From NCBI GenBank assembly GCA_000388065.2, contig KB932201.1: 60,738 nucleotides of DNA; one strand, 5' to 3'. The notes under the pieces were generated by a model, which ran no database searches, had not been told where the DNA came from, and saw only the letters and a list, made by a program, of their open reading frames with translations. Position numbers and translations under genes: made by a program. Numbering within the stretch: the first letter of the stretch is position 1; every line of letters begins with the position of its first letter. Below, one piece after another: positions 11,552 through 24,712 of the stretch. This stretch comes from Fonticula alba ATCC 38817. Lineage: Eukaryota; Protista; Nucleariida.

Positions 11552-13055
11552 TTATTCGCGGCCGAAGAGGCCCATGGTCTTCTGGTAGGTGAAGCGGCAA
11601 CCGTCCACCAGGTAGGAGGGGAGCTCGCACCAGAACTCATAGTTGGGAATGGCCTCGAGGCCACGCTTCTCGTTGAACTTGTGCTGGTAGAGGAACCCAA
11701 GGGCGAGGTAGAGGAGGGCCGAGACGAAGAAGCTGCATGTGCCGGCAGGATGACAGGCAAGGTCAGTTGGCGCAAGGATATCGGGACAGGGCAGGGTGCG
11801 GCGTGGGGGGGNNNNNNNNNNNNNNNNNNNNNNNNNNNNNNNNNNNNNNNNNNNNNNNNNNNNNNNNNNNNNNNNNNNNNNNNNNNNNNNNNNNNNNNNN
11901 NNNNNNNNNNNNNNNNNNNNNNNNNNNNNNNNNNNNNNNNNNNNNNNNNNNNNNNNNNNNNNNNNNNNNNNNNNNNNNNNNNNNNNNNNNNNNNNNNNNN
12001 NNNNNNNNNNNNNNNNNNNNNNNNNNNNNNNNNNNNNNNNNNNNNNNNNNNNNNNNNNNNNNNNNNNNNNNNNNNNNNNNNNNNNNNNNNNNNNNNNNNN
12101 NNNNNNNNNNNNGAGCGACAAAACAGAGAGTCGAGGGGGAAAGTAGCAGGGCCGGCGCGGAGGGCATCCCGCAGTGGGCAACCGGGGCAAGATGGACGCA
12201 CATCGGTTGAGGCGCAAGTGAAAGCGATGTTCAGGCTACGGATGACGTTGTTCCGGCAGGCGGTACCGCCAGACTGCTTGAGGTTGGACTGGCCCTCCAC
12301 GGCTTTAAGGGGGGCGGCATGGAAGGAGAGCCGCAGGAAGAGGGAGAGAGAGAGAGAGGAATAGAAGGAAGGACGGGTGGGGGTCAGCTGGAGAATGGAG
12401 GCGCAAGCGCCAGCGGCCAGCGGCCAGCCGATGATAGGCCACCCGAGCACGCACCAGGGTTTGGGGTCACACCATTGTGGACGGTAGACAGGGTGTTGAG
12501 AGGGGCCTTGCGGGCGTCCAGCTCACAGGCGTAGGCAGAGGACGCCGGGCATGCGGGATCGTTCTCCGGGATCTCCAGCGGAGCCTTGTTCAGGAAATTG
12601 CATGGGTTGAGGTAGTACATGTTGCCTGCGCCTGCCGGGAGAAGGTAGTTCCTGTGTTTGTGGCAGGGGAGGGAGGCAGGTTAATGCCAAGGAACAGGGG
12701 GAGCATAGAGACGGTTGGGAGGAGCAGTAGGAGGGCCGAGGATTGTAGACGGCGTGGGGGAAAGATAGGGAGAGAAGGAGGAAGAAGGAGGGCGAGAGTG
12801 TGGAGGAAGCAGCAGAGGAAAGAGAGAAGAGAGAAGAGGGACGAGGGAGGAGCGGAAGAAAGAGAGAACGCACTTGCTGGCGAGGGGATTCAGATCGATC
12901 TTGCGGCCATCTTCCAGCGCAAAAGTGCACAGGTCGTTGGCCGAAACCTGGGTCGCCTTCAGGCCATCGATGGTGATGGTGGGCAGCGGGCTGGCCGAGA
13001 CGGAGAAAATGAGACCGAGCAGCAGAAGCCCCAGGAGGGCGAGCGGCGAACGCAT
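11552..13055 (-). CDS. Mannose-6-phosphate receptor homology (CD-MPR/ATG27-like) type I membrane protein
   Basis: Signal peptide MRSPLALLGLLLLGLIFSVSA. MRH-like Cys pattern (DLCTF..KIDLNPL; YYLNPC; GGTACRNNVIRSLNIAFTC). TM segment, then YQHKFNEKRGLEAIPNYEFWCELPSYLVDGCRF, typical of MPR/ATG27 tails. Several GTGCGT-donor introns; one exon is probably in gap 11812-12111. Confidence 0.8.
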
Positions 13056-16000
13056 AGCGCTCATGGAGAGCACAAGGAAAGGAGGAGGGAGAAGAGAAGG
13101 GAGGAGGGGGAGGGGAGGGGGGGGGGAGGTTGCATGCGGTGTCATGGCCCCGGCTCCGGGGGAGACCACGATAAATTGCCCGGAAGAAGTGGGCATCCAT
13201 TAGCCGAGGAGAATATCATGCGACGCGGCCGGGGCTCGGGCGGAAAACTAGGAAACGGGGTCCCTCCGAAGAACTGGCCACTGGATCCCCCCTCCCCCCC
13301 CCCCCTCCCCCCCCTCCAGGCCGCGAGCACGACCAGGGAACGGGCAAAGAAGGGTCGACCTACAGGGGGGGGCGAGGGGGCGGAGGGGGCAACGCCTACA
13401 AGTACAGTAGCCGACACGCCACGGCACCCCGAACAACATGCAACATTGTTATTTCTTCCACTGTCGCGTCATTCTCGCACATTTGCGCATGCGGTTGCCC
13501 ACATGCACCCCGGCCGAAGGGCCCTGCCGGCGGTCACCACGGCCGGGCCGGCCTCCGGCGCAACGGCAGACGCTGCGATCGGACCTCACCGGTGGGCGGC
13601 CGCGGTGGAGCACCCTCTCCTCGGCCGCGCCGGCCACAGGGCCCCCACACGAATGTGCAGGACGTGTCAAGCGCCATCGCGCTCCGCCCTAGACCACTGG
13701 CATCCGAGCTCGGGCCGCCGGGCCGCCGTCTTTCCAAGTTCCCCCTCTCGCCCTCCCGGCATGTGTTTATCGCGTGGGGCAGAGCCGGTCACGAGCATGC
13801 CCTGCTCCGGGCATCGGCGTCAACCGGGGGCCCGGCCACTGGCGACGAGCAAAAGCGCACCGTAGAGAAGGCGCGCACAGGAAATGACTTTTAGCGCCTC
13901 GGTGTTGATGTCCCCCCCCCCCCCCCTCCCCCCGGGCGGGGATAAAATACACCAGCTTGGCGGTTTGAAACACAAATAAATGTCCACACAAGCGCACACA
14001 CACACACACGTACACGAGCGCATCGTGCGCCGGGTGGCCAGGCGTGTGCGGGATCGGTCTGGAGGTGGGGACCCCGTCTGGCGGCAATGCAGTTCCCGAC
14101 CTGGGCACGGCGCTCAGGTGTGCGCCGCCGCCACGTCGGCCGTTCTAGAGCCTCACAGGCCGGGATAGTCTGCCCCTCGCGCGGAAGAGGAGGGATGTAT
14201 TATTGTTCGGCCACACGGACGGCGCGCGCCCCTTTTTATCTAATTTTATTTTCCACCCCCCCCCCCCCCGGCCGGCCGGCCGGCCGGCCCCCAGCCGGGG
14301 GGTTCCATCCACAAGGGCGGAATTATTTCCCCCCCCCCCCCCTCGCAGCCGCCTATACAGTGCCTGGATTTCAATTATTCTTCTGAAGTGTTCCCTCCAA
14401 CGTCCCCTCTGCCGGAAGCGACTCCGCAGGGGGGAGGAGGACAAAAATAAAAAACATAAGGCGCCGCCCCGAATTTCGCCCCGACCCTCTGCCTGTCCCT
14501 CGTGCCACTCTCAATGCACCTTGATCCGGCGAGAGGACGCACACACATTGGCACTTAGCCGCAGAGGGGGCCCCCCCCCCCCCCCCCGCCCCGCCGGAAC
14601 GGGCATTCAGCGATATACGTGCTCAAGGTGGCACCCTCCCCCAGACACCCTCGCCCTCCGGCCGCCCGAGACACACGGCGCCCAGCCTTGTGGATGTTTC
14701 TCTTTCTCGCTCCCTCCACACCCAGGAAAATGAACACAAGGCTCCTCATGTGGGAACACCATTTGCGCTCGATTAATTTAACCGAGAAAGGGGGCTAAAT
14801 GCGCACCCCGGTCGAGCGGCCAACGTGCGGCGCGGCGCCACACAGGGACATACGAAACACACGGACATACACACGCAGGAAGACAGACACACATGCGTGT
14901 ACATGCGCGGGGGGAAATGAGGGCGCCGATGGGTGTGCGTGCGCGTATGAGCACGCTCGGTGCGCGCATCGGCAAGAATGTTTGCTACTATGCATGTATG
15001 TGCACAAGGGCGGGGGAGGGAAACTGTGTGCATGTAGGTGCAGTGGCGCGCGGAGCGACCACAGACAAGTCTACTCCTCATGGGAAGGAGAGGCGCTATT
15101 GGCACAAGAGAGAGGGAGATAGCGGCCAGGGAGGGAGCAAGACATGGGGGGGGGGGGCGGGGAGAGGAAGAAGAAGAGGAGAGGAGGGCGGCGGAGAACG
15201 ATGCAGAAGAAGCACCATCACCATTTTGACCCCCGCGAAGAGGCAGCACCAAAGGCAGGGCACACAAACAAGGCATTGGGCAAGCGCGACAGAGGGTGCG
15301 CGCCGTTTCGAGGGCGGAAGGGTGTTAATCCACAATGGTCGGAGCGGGAGGGTAAAGGACCCCCTCTCCACGAGGAGAAACAGGTATGGACCCGCAAGCA
15401 AGACCGTGATAGCACGGGCACGCAGCCAGGCGCAGGTGCAAGGTCGGGAGGGGGAAGAAAAATGGGAGAAGAACCCCCCGGAGGGGGATAGACCCACCGA
15501 CGGTGGCACCCCTTGGCCCGCAGGTAAACATCAAAAAGGGGGAGAGGCAGTCTGCAAAGTAACAAGCAGGGCGCTCAACAGGACAAACTAGGGGAAAGCC
15601 CCATGTCGGGGCACAGGGGGACACACTGACAAATGGCCTTCGCGGCCAGGAGCGATCAGGTGGGCTAAGGGAAGAAAATGGCTATCCGACCGTGTGCCGA
15701 GGGTGCGGAGAGCAACCCCGCAGAGCACGGAGGGGAGGGAGGGGGGGGGGGAGCCGGAAAAGGGCGACGTACAGTGGCAAGGGACGATGTCCAGGTAGGA
15801 TGATAAGGGAGGAAAGAGGGAGGGTAAGGTGGTCGGTGAAAGGAAAGGAGGCCGAGTACCACCAGCAATCGGAAGAAACCAGATACTCCATCGCGAAAGG
15901 AAGAGAAGCAGTCACGATTGGGCGGGAGAGAGAGAGAGAGAGAGGGTGGAGGAGGAGGTAGAGGAGGGTGACTGCGATCAAGGGCGCTCTGCCATCGGCC

Positions 16001-16264
16001 GCGAAGAATGCATGCTGTGGAGGAGGAGAGTTGTGCGCGTGTGTGCGTGTGTGCGTGTGTCCGTGCGTCCGTGTGTCCGTGCGTCTGTGTGAAAACACAT
16101 AAACGTGCAAAAGAGCAGGCAGACGGCCGCATAATTTGCACAAACACCGACACACAGACAGAAAAAGAAGGGAGGGGGGGAGCAAGAGACACACAGGGAC
16201 GAAGGCGACGGGGTGGAGGAAAGGCACAGGATTAGGCCCAGTGTCCGCCTGAGTGGGGACCATT

Positions 16265-17354
16265 TCAGCTGGAATGCGGCTTCGAGGCAGGTGCGTCGCT
16301 TTTCGGCTGGGACTCTTGGCTCGCCGGGGTGGCAGCAGCGCGACCGGCCCGGCCAGCTCGGGCCTTACCTGCTCCTGCCCCGGTGGCAGCCGAGGCGCCA
16401 GGCCCACGAGCTGAATGCCCAGGTCCCGATGCCCGGCCAATGCCACGACGATCTCCACGTCGACCGGACTGCCCGGACGACGGCCCGGACTGCCCGGACT
16501 GGCCCCCACGTCGGCCAGCACCCGAGCCGTGGCGCGGCTGCAGCGGCTGCTGGAGCTGCGACTGATGGCGAGGATGGTGGTGCTGGACAGCCTGGTGGGA
16601 GTGGTGGACGGGGGGCGGCGCGGCGGGCAACCCCGGCACAGGCCCGCCCGAGGGCGGAGCATGATACTGCGGCGAGGGCGCAAGATGAGGGGGCGGCGCG
16701 TGGGATGCGGGCACTGGCGAGGGCGCCGGCGGTGCAGGCTGGAGATGACCCATATGCTGCCCCGGGGGCGGTGGTGGCCCCGGCATCGACGCCAGCGGAG
16801 GGTGGTGGAAGTGGTGCCCGGGAGACGGGGGGTGGCCATGGTGCCCGCCCCCGGACAGAGGCCCATGCTCCAAGTGCGGTGGGAATCCACCGCTCTCAAA
16901 AGCGTGCGGCTCATGCGACGGCGCCGACGGTGGCGGCGCCGGCGCCGGCACCGGGGTGGAGAAGGGCGCCACCGACTGGCCCAAGTGGAAGGAGCCACCC
17001 TGAGGGGGACGAGGACCACGCGACCCGGGTCCCATGGCGGGGGCCGGCGCAAGGAGCGGCTGAATGTGTGATGGCAGCCCGGCCGATGAGGCAGGTGCAC
17101 CATCAGGCCCGGGATACCCGCGATCCCCGACAGGGTAATCCGATAGGGGAGGAACGCTCGGCGAGTGGCGATAATGCCCCTGGGAGCCGGGGGGGTGGGC
17201 GAGCGGCGGCAAGCCCGAGCCAAGGTGCGACACCGGAGCAGAAGGGGCAGGAGGGGGAGGCTGGGCGTCACCATAATACTCACCGGAGTAGGTATGGCGA
17301 TGGGCCGGCGGGGGAGGAGGGGGCTGGTGCTGCTGCTGCGTCGGTGCCGGTGGT

Positions 17355-17387
<33 letters not shown>

Positions 17388-18757
17388 TGATAATGCTGCT
17401 GCTGCTGGTGCTGCTGCACGGGCCCCGGAGGCGGCGGCTGCTGCTGGTGCGGGTGCGGCTGCTGGTGGCTGTGCTGATGTCCCGGGGCATCATAATATGG
17501 GTAGTGCGGGTTGGAGCTCGGCCGATCATCATACCAACCGCTCTGGCTAGCAACGGAGCCTGCCGGCTGGCCAGAACCATGGACCGACACCGTTGCCGGA
17601 CCTGCGTGATACTCACCCGAACGGTTTTGGTGCTGGTGCTGGTGCTGGTGCTGGTGCTGGTGGTGTTGCTGCACCAATGGCGGCCCCTGCGGCCGCGAGG
17701 ATCCATGGTGGTAGTGGTGTGCCGGACCCGGGCCGGATGACTCCGAAGGGTAGCCTGGAGTCCCGTGTGACCCGGGCAATGAAGTCCGCCGAGATGGCGG
17801 AAGACGCGATTCACGTGTAACTGAAGGGGGCAACGCTGTCGGTGGTGACGGGAAGAGCTGGTGCGTGGAAGTCGATGCAGAGGCCGCGGCTGAGGGAACT
17901 CGCGGGTCAAACGCAGCCGCCGGGACGGCGAGATCGGGATCGGCGCTGGCTGGTGCCGGCAGGTCGGTTTGTCGGTCTCGGCCGAAATTCAGGCGAATCT
18001 GAGTGGAATCCACATGCGGCACGGGAGGAGGAGGGAGGCGAGTCAGTAACAGGGAGAGCTGGACGAAGGGGGGACCTTATGGGGGGTCGGGGGGGGGGGG
18101 AGGGAGGGAGGGACGCTTAAAGGCAGGCCAGGAGCGTACAGATGAGAACTTGGCCGTCGATTGAAGGGAATCGATGGCGCGGACTGCATCAGCCACAGAG
18201 AAGAACCAGACAAACGCGTAACTCTTGTTGCGAGGGCGATTAATCTTGTCCACCAAGCCGAAGGGGGTAAATTCTGCGCGAAGGTCCGCCTCTGTCAGGG
18301 CCTGGGCCTCGGATTGCTGTGATGGGGCATATCAATCGGGTCGATGTCAGAGGGGGGCAGAGAGACAGAGAGAGGGAGGGAGGGAGAAAGGGGAAAAGGA
18401 TGGCGAGAAAGGACGAGCCGCTCGCACATAGCCGATGTACACCGCGCGGGTGGCTTGTCGCAGGGCAATCGCGCTGATGGTGTCCACTGTCATGTGGGAC
18501 ATCAGCTGGGGGCTGGCGAACTTGTAGGTTTGCGGCTCAAGCTGCGGGCACCGGGGCCGGCCGGGACCGAGGCGCACATCGGTGCCCTGGGTTTCGGTTT
18601 CCTGCGTCGCCAGAAGATGGGCCGCCGTCGACGGATGAACAAAGGACAGGAAGGCATGGCGCTTGTCCGGGACAAACTATTCAAGCCAGCGGCAGTGCGT
18701 TGTTGACAGCGCCCATGATGGGGTAGTGGTGGCGACAGCAGCAGCAGCAGCAGCAGC

Positions 18758-18791
<34 letters not shown>

Positions 18792-19325
18792 GCGGCAAGA
18801 GGAATGGTGAGGGGGCGAGGGTGAGCCAGAAAAAAAAAGACAGGGAAAGCAGCGAGGAGGAAAGGTCGATGCCACTTGCGGGGAGCGGGGGAGCCGTGAT
18901 AGCGACATACCTGGACGCTCTCTACAGGACCGTGCTTGGACAGTAGGGCAGACACAAAAGCATGGGCCTCGGCCTCCGGGCCGAGGTTGCCCACATACAC
19001 GACACGATCTTCGGCAATCGAGGTGGTGCCCATGCAACGGTCGCGCACGAAAAATACCTGCAATGGTCGGCCACGGCTAAAGCCCCGGATGGGCATGGCG
19101 ATGGATGCCGGTGCGGAGGTTGGAGCCGAAGCCGATTCAGCGGCCGGAGTTGGGGCCGACGAGGTACAATCGTCGGCGGTGGCGTCCGAGGAGGAAGCTG
19201 GCTTGGCAGGAGGCGTTCCGGAAGGAGCTGACTCGGGAGCCGCCGATTGGGAGGTGGAAGCCCCAGCGTCCGTCGGCTCGGCGGGGGTCGACTCGAGGAC
19301 TTCTGGATCCGCGGCCTCCGGCAGA

Positions 19326-19374
<49 letters not shown>

Positions 19375-21151
19375 GCCCAGATGCTGTCGAGCCGATGGCG
19401 GCTGACTTGGCGGTGGGGGCCGATCCAGCCGGTGTTGCGTCGGTGGTGGCTGGCTCGGCCGGCGCAATGGCAGCGCGCACCTCGGCCGAGAGCTTGGCCG
19501 CACAGGCCAGGGCGTCGGAGAGCTGCTCAAAGTGCACAACCGCCGCGTAGTGCTTGGAAAAGAGGGCAAGTTGGTCAATTGCACCGAACTTCCCGAGGAC
19601 TTGGCGCAGCTCCGCCTCAATGAGAAGCCCGGCTGGGAGATTGACCACGAGCAGGGAGCGGGAGGCTCCATGCCGGGCCATGGCCAGGTGATTTTGGGCG
19701 AGGGGCACCGACGCGGGACTCCACCGGACAATGGGGCTGCTGGCAACCGGGAGGAAGCGCTGTCGATGATGTGGGCATCGGTTGAAGAAGAGGTGCGCTG
19801 TGACCGCCGACATAAAGGTCACCGTGGCCGTGCCAGCATGCTCCACCCGGACAGACTCAATGGGACCGCCAATGAGTGGGGGGTTCGCCGAGAGCGATGC
19901 CGTTTCCAGCAGGTCATACACGTCGTGTGGGGTCTTCTGCAGAGAAGCGCGAGGAGCGTGAGCACGGTGATTTGTGTGTGCGTGTGTGCGTGTGTTTGGG
20001 TTTTCTGTGCATGCGTGCGGGGAAAAGGGGCAAGAAAGAGAGAGAGAGAGAGGATGTCAATAGCGGCGTACAATCGAAGACGCCAAGCCGCGCAGAGTGA
20101 TGCTGCGCCGAGTGACATCCACGTGCGAGGGCGCAGCATCCGGAGAGTATGCGGTCGTCGGGTCGAAAGGCCCTGGAGTCGGGTCCCGAGGCGCTGGTGG
20201 GGGTGTGGCTGACGGCGGCGGATGCAACGGTCCGGAGGGCGATGGCGAGGGCCCTGTGAAGTATTGTGGTTGTTGCTGCTGCTGCTGCTGCTGCTGTTGC
20301 GGATGTTGCTGGTGCTGCGGAGGGTAGTGATGGTGCTGGAGGGGCACTGCGGCCGACATCGGCTGCGAATGCAGCTGTGCTGGCGGCGGTGGCGGCGGCG
20401 GTGGCGGCGGCGGCGGCGGCTGGTAATGATGCGGCTGGTGGTACTGCTGGTGCTGCTGCTGGTGCTGATGATGCTGATGGGGTGGAGGCGCCACAGACAC
20501 AGGAACGGACGGCGGGAGGGAATATTGCTGCTGATGCTGGGATTGCGGCTGCGGCTGTGGCGGCGGCTGATGGTGCGGGTGGTGTGGGTGGTGTGGGTGG
20601 TGCTGGTGGTTTGGCAGCGTTGGTGGTGGTGGCGGCGATGAGGCCAGCGGCTGATGGTGGGCATGTGGCGGGGGCAGGGACAGCGAAGATGGGGGGTGAT
20701 AATGCTGCTGATGTTGCTGCTGCTGATGATGATGATGCTGTTGTTGTGGGGGTGGCGGAGGCTGGTAGTGCTGCGGCGGAGGTTGGTGGTGCTGCGGCGG
20801 AGGCTGGTGATGCTGCGGCGGAGGCTGGTGATGCTGCGGCGGAGGCTGGTGGTGCTGCTGATGTTGCTGATGTTGCTGATGTTGCTGATGTTGCTGATGT
20901 TGCTGATGCTGCTGATGTTGCTGATGCTGCTGATGCTGCTGATGCTGCTGATGTTGTTGGCGCTGCTGACGCTGCTGGGGGTGGCGCTGCGGCGGGTTGG
21001 ACGCCGAGCGACCGGCTCCAGACGGGCGCTGATGCCCGTGATGCCCCGAGGCAAAGCTGTCCCCGGGAGGTGGCCCGGAGCGTGTGCGCTTCGGGCCGTG
21101 CCCACCGCCGCCGGGGCCCGAGTGGGGAGGGTGACCGGCGCGGCGCTTCAT
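16265..21151 (-). CDS. Four-RRM RNA-binding protein of the fungal Nrd1(Msa2)/Mrn1 family, with long Q/H/P-rich N- and C-terminal tails
   Basis: Spliced segments give GGPIESVRV...ARHGASRSLLVVNLP...LGKFGAIDQL...FFVRDRC; DRVVYVGNLGPE...FVPDKRHAFLSFVHP; QATRAVYIG...FTPFGLVDKINRPRNKSYAFVWF; IRLNFGRDR. This matches the paired RRM1-2/RRM3-4 layout of S. pombe Nrd1 and S. cerevisiae Mrn1. Exact exon boundaries are only partly resolved. Confidence 0.78.
20755..20965 (-). repeat. Coding tandem repeats: 21-bp (QHHQPPP)n and 9-bp (QHQ)n
   Basis: Plus strand shows GGCGGAGGCTGGTGATGCTGC units followed by GATGTTGCT/GATGCTGCT units, inside the first exon of the RRM gene. Confidence 0.85.
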
Positions 21152-21390
21152 CGAAGGCGGCGGGCGAGGAGGAGGCAGATCGGTGGTCAGGGTGTCGAGG
21201 GGGTAGGGGGTGGGCGGGAGCAAGGAGGAGGAGAGAGGAAGAAGGAAGAGGGAGGAGAGGCGGTGGAGGTGGGAAGAGGGACTGTTGACAATCCCCCACC
21301 CGGAGGGCGACCAAGGTGCTGCCGTTCAAAAGACGAGTCCCAGAAACTGACCGTGTTAGACACTCTCCCCCACCCCCCCCCCCCCCCCCC

Positions 21391-21467
21391 GGTCTCTCTG
21401 TCCGCGCGCGCGCGCGCGCGCAATATCTGTCAATGCGAGTGTCCTTGAGTCTGTAGGGGGAAGACGG

Positions 21468-21509
<42 letters not shown>

Positions 21510-21580
21510 CTCTCTGTCCGCGCGCGCGCGCGCGCGCAATATCTGTCAATGCGAGTGCCCTGTGTTTGTTGGGGGGAAGC
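21391..21580. repeat. Tandem duplication, period about 116 bp: GGTCTCTCTGTCC(GC)9AATATCTGTCAATGCGAGTG separated by poly-C
   Basis: Copies start at 21391 and 21507. The first 51 bp are identical; the downstream part is similar but diverged. Confidence 0.9.
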
Positions 21581-24421
21581 CCCCCCCCAGGCATGCCCCC
21601 CCCCGCCCGTGATATATCGGTCGGTCCGATAACCTGGCTGAGCCGCTGGAGAAAGTGAGAGAGCGACGAAGAGTCCTTTGTTGTGCGCGAACATGGGCCA
21701 TTTTCGGTCCTGGGCGAGGGCTTTTTCGTCTCACCGCCCGCTGCCGGGACTTCCCACCCCCCGCCAAGAGCAAAAGACAAAGGTGACAGTCGACCGGTAG
21801 ATCTCCGTCCAACCCCGGGGGTGGGCGTTTTGGGCGTCCCCGCGAACACCGGTCATGTAAGAGGAGGGTGTGATGCACTCCGGTCACATGCTGTATTAGT
21901 TGGTGCTGGTGCTGAATCGTCTGCAAATGCAGCACTCTTCGATTTGTTCTGGGGATAGACCGTATAATTGTGGTCTATGGCCGGTGGGGAGACCTTAACT
22001 CTTTCGAGGACGGAACCGAGAGGCGAGAGCAGACATGCGGGCGGGCGGGCGGGCGGGCAAGGCATGCACGAAGAGAAAGTCTCGAATGAGAATGCTCGCT
22101 CCCACTCGAGGACTCCCTCCTCCTTTCCGGCGCTGTTCTTTCTCGGCACAGCTTTGGCATTTGACCAGGAGCACCCGGCATCGCCGCATACTGGAGGGAG
22201 GGGGGCGGCGACTGGCCGGCCGGCCGGCAAAGCCAGGGGGTGCACAGATGACCAGGTACCGTGGGCCGCGGCCCTTGAACAGCCCCCTTGTCTCGGAGGT
22301 GCCAGAGAAACTCCTATCCAACTCGGCCACCCGTGTGAGGCAGGGGCCTGCGACCAACTTCCGGGAACCTCTGGAGACAACCAATCATCGCGTTTGCTGG
22401 GTGTCAAATGTATCTCGCTCTCGGTGCCGATGATGGAGTAGCGAAGCAATAGGAGCGATGATTGTTTGGGGAGAGTTGACTTAGCGACATACGATTGGGC
22501 CATATGCGAGGATCGTGTGGCTTTTTACTGCTCGTCGCGAATCCCCCCTGGCCCGCATACCCACGTCAGCCTCTTGCGGAGGCGCTCCGCCAGTGAGGCG
22601 GACTGGTGGATATGTGCATTTCCATTTCCCCGCCCCCCCCCCCCCCCCCCCTTCCGTCGTCAGGCTCGCTGACTACCTCGCCATCGATGTGGAGCTGGGC
22701 CTCCATGCACGCGCGACGTTGGTGCCAGGAGGAACCGGGGTGCCGGGGAGCAGCCAGGTCCGCGCGATGGCTCGATTGTCTTTCCCCGGCGTGAACTCCT
22801 TCAGAAGCAGCTTCATGCACATTACCCCGCGTAATGCCCGCCGCTCTGTGGCCCTGGCCTCTTCCCGCCAATTCGTCTGACATCGCACATGCACCGGATG
22901 ACCGGGGTCGAGGATCCGGAAATGATCGGAAAGCCCTTCCTCAGAGGGCTTCGGAGATCTTCTCCCGGCGCTGCCAACGGCCTTGCCCAGTTGTTCCGAA
23001 TATGAAAATGGCGAGTACTTGCTGCGGGGTATCGGCGCCGGCGAGCATTGACCGGGCAGCCTGATGGCCGAGGCCCGGTCGACAAGCCTGCGGGGGCAGG
23101 GTCGCCGATTGTACCACCTGAACCATATATTTTGGGGGGAGAGAGAGAGGGGGGGGGCGGGAGGGGGCCCGCTCCTTGGTACGAAGGCCAGGGCCTCCTA
23201 CCGCCCCTTCAACCAGGCCCCAACTCCGGGGCGGGTCCGGTGTCGGTAGGACGTTGCCGGCTCTTCCCGGCATCGACCGTCTATCGGCCGGTGAAGGGGG
23301 AGGGGCTTCCACTCCGGGCTCAGCACAGACGGAGCCCGAGCAAGACGCCTCGGTCTCGGGGCATGATGCGAGGGCCCGGCCCCCCCCCCCCCCCCCCGGT
23401 GATGTGCGCCGCCAGAGTTGACCGTGGGATCGCCCAGCCAGCCCGAATGGCGGGGAGGGGGGCAGCCCAGCCATCGGCCGCGACCGGGGGCTTGGAGGCT
23501 CGTCCAGAAAGCTGGTCACGCCTGGATCACGCGCCGTAAAGAGGAAATTCCAGCCATCCCCTGCAATGGAAGCCCCTGCTTGGCGGGCCGTTGTCAGCCT
23601 TTCCACATGCGCACGCTGGCGGGCATGTATGGGTCTCATTAGAATGGTGGCTTTTTACAGCTTTGGCCCCTCTCTCCCCATCCCCGGAGGGAGCCTGGGA
23701 TTCCATGCTCCCGTCTTGTCCACCACGCCCCTGCCTGTCTCTGCCAGGGGAGGTGGCGAATGCATCGAGCTGCCAACGCTAGGGAGCGCCATACACGCGC
23801 CCCCCTCCGGAACGGGGGACCGTCACACGCAGATGGGAGGAGCGGGTCTTTCGCCAATCGGTCAATAGTGCGGCCGGGTGGCGCACACACGGGCAGGCTT
23901 CCCCACGCCCGGGCCCCTCCTTTCCCCGGGGGCCTGCCCGAGAGGCGACCTTCTCTTCCCGGCGGGGGACTTGACATATTTCCTCCCTGCCCCCCGAGAA
24001 GCCCTGCTGCCAGGCATGGGCGAAGTCCGCCGACCAAGGAATGCCCCCCCCCCTCGCCCCGCGGCGACGCCCCCTCCCCCCCCCCCCATGCCAGGGGTTC
24101 ACCCGGGTGCTGGCTTGACCGGTCGACCGGGCCAAAAGCCGCCCCGGGTGCCACGCTGATCGGCCCGGCGTCGGGCAGCACCTCCGCAGGTGGGATTTCC
24201 TAGGAAATGGAGGAATGTGTGTGTGTGTGTGCGCGCGCGTCCGGAGGCCCGCCCTCGGCCGGACATGGAGGCAGTGCGGGAAGGGGGTGGGACCCGGCGT
24301 GCGGTCCGCGCCAGGCAACACGGCCCGCTGTGTATGGCAAGGACGCTGGCCCTTGAGGCCGATCGGGGGGGGGTGGGTCTTTTTTTTACATTTTCGCCAA
24401 CAGGGCATAGTTGCCAGTCCG

Positions 24422-24463
<42 letters not shown>

Positions 24464-24712
24464 GAGATTGGGAAGTGTACCCGCGCGCCGAGGTGCCTGC
24501 CNNNNNNNNNNNNNNNNNNNNNNNNNNNNNNNNNNNNNNNNNNNNNNNNNNNNNNNNNNNNNNNNNNNNNNNNNNNNNNNNNNNNNNNNNNNNNNNNNNN
24601 NNNNNNCCCCCCCGCCGATGCCCCCTCCCCTCCCCAGTCATCCGTCCGCCCCGCAACGTTGCATTACCCTGGGCTCTCCAGACATTGACTTTTGTCCTGT
24701 GCACACTTCCAG

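Noticed and set aside
13200-16200. Numerous 60-230 aa ORFs between the MPR-like and RRM genes
   Set aside because: Dominated by homopolymer and microsatellite translations; no consistent splice structure or motif.
16213-21288. Plus-strand Ala/Gly/Val-rich ORFs (16213..17550, 20266..21288 and others)
   Set aside because: Antisense reads of the Q/H/P repeats of the RRM gene.
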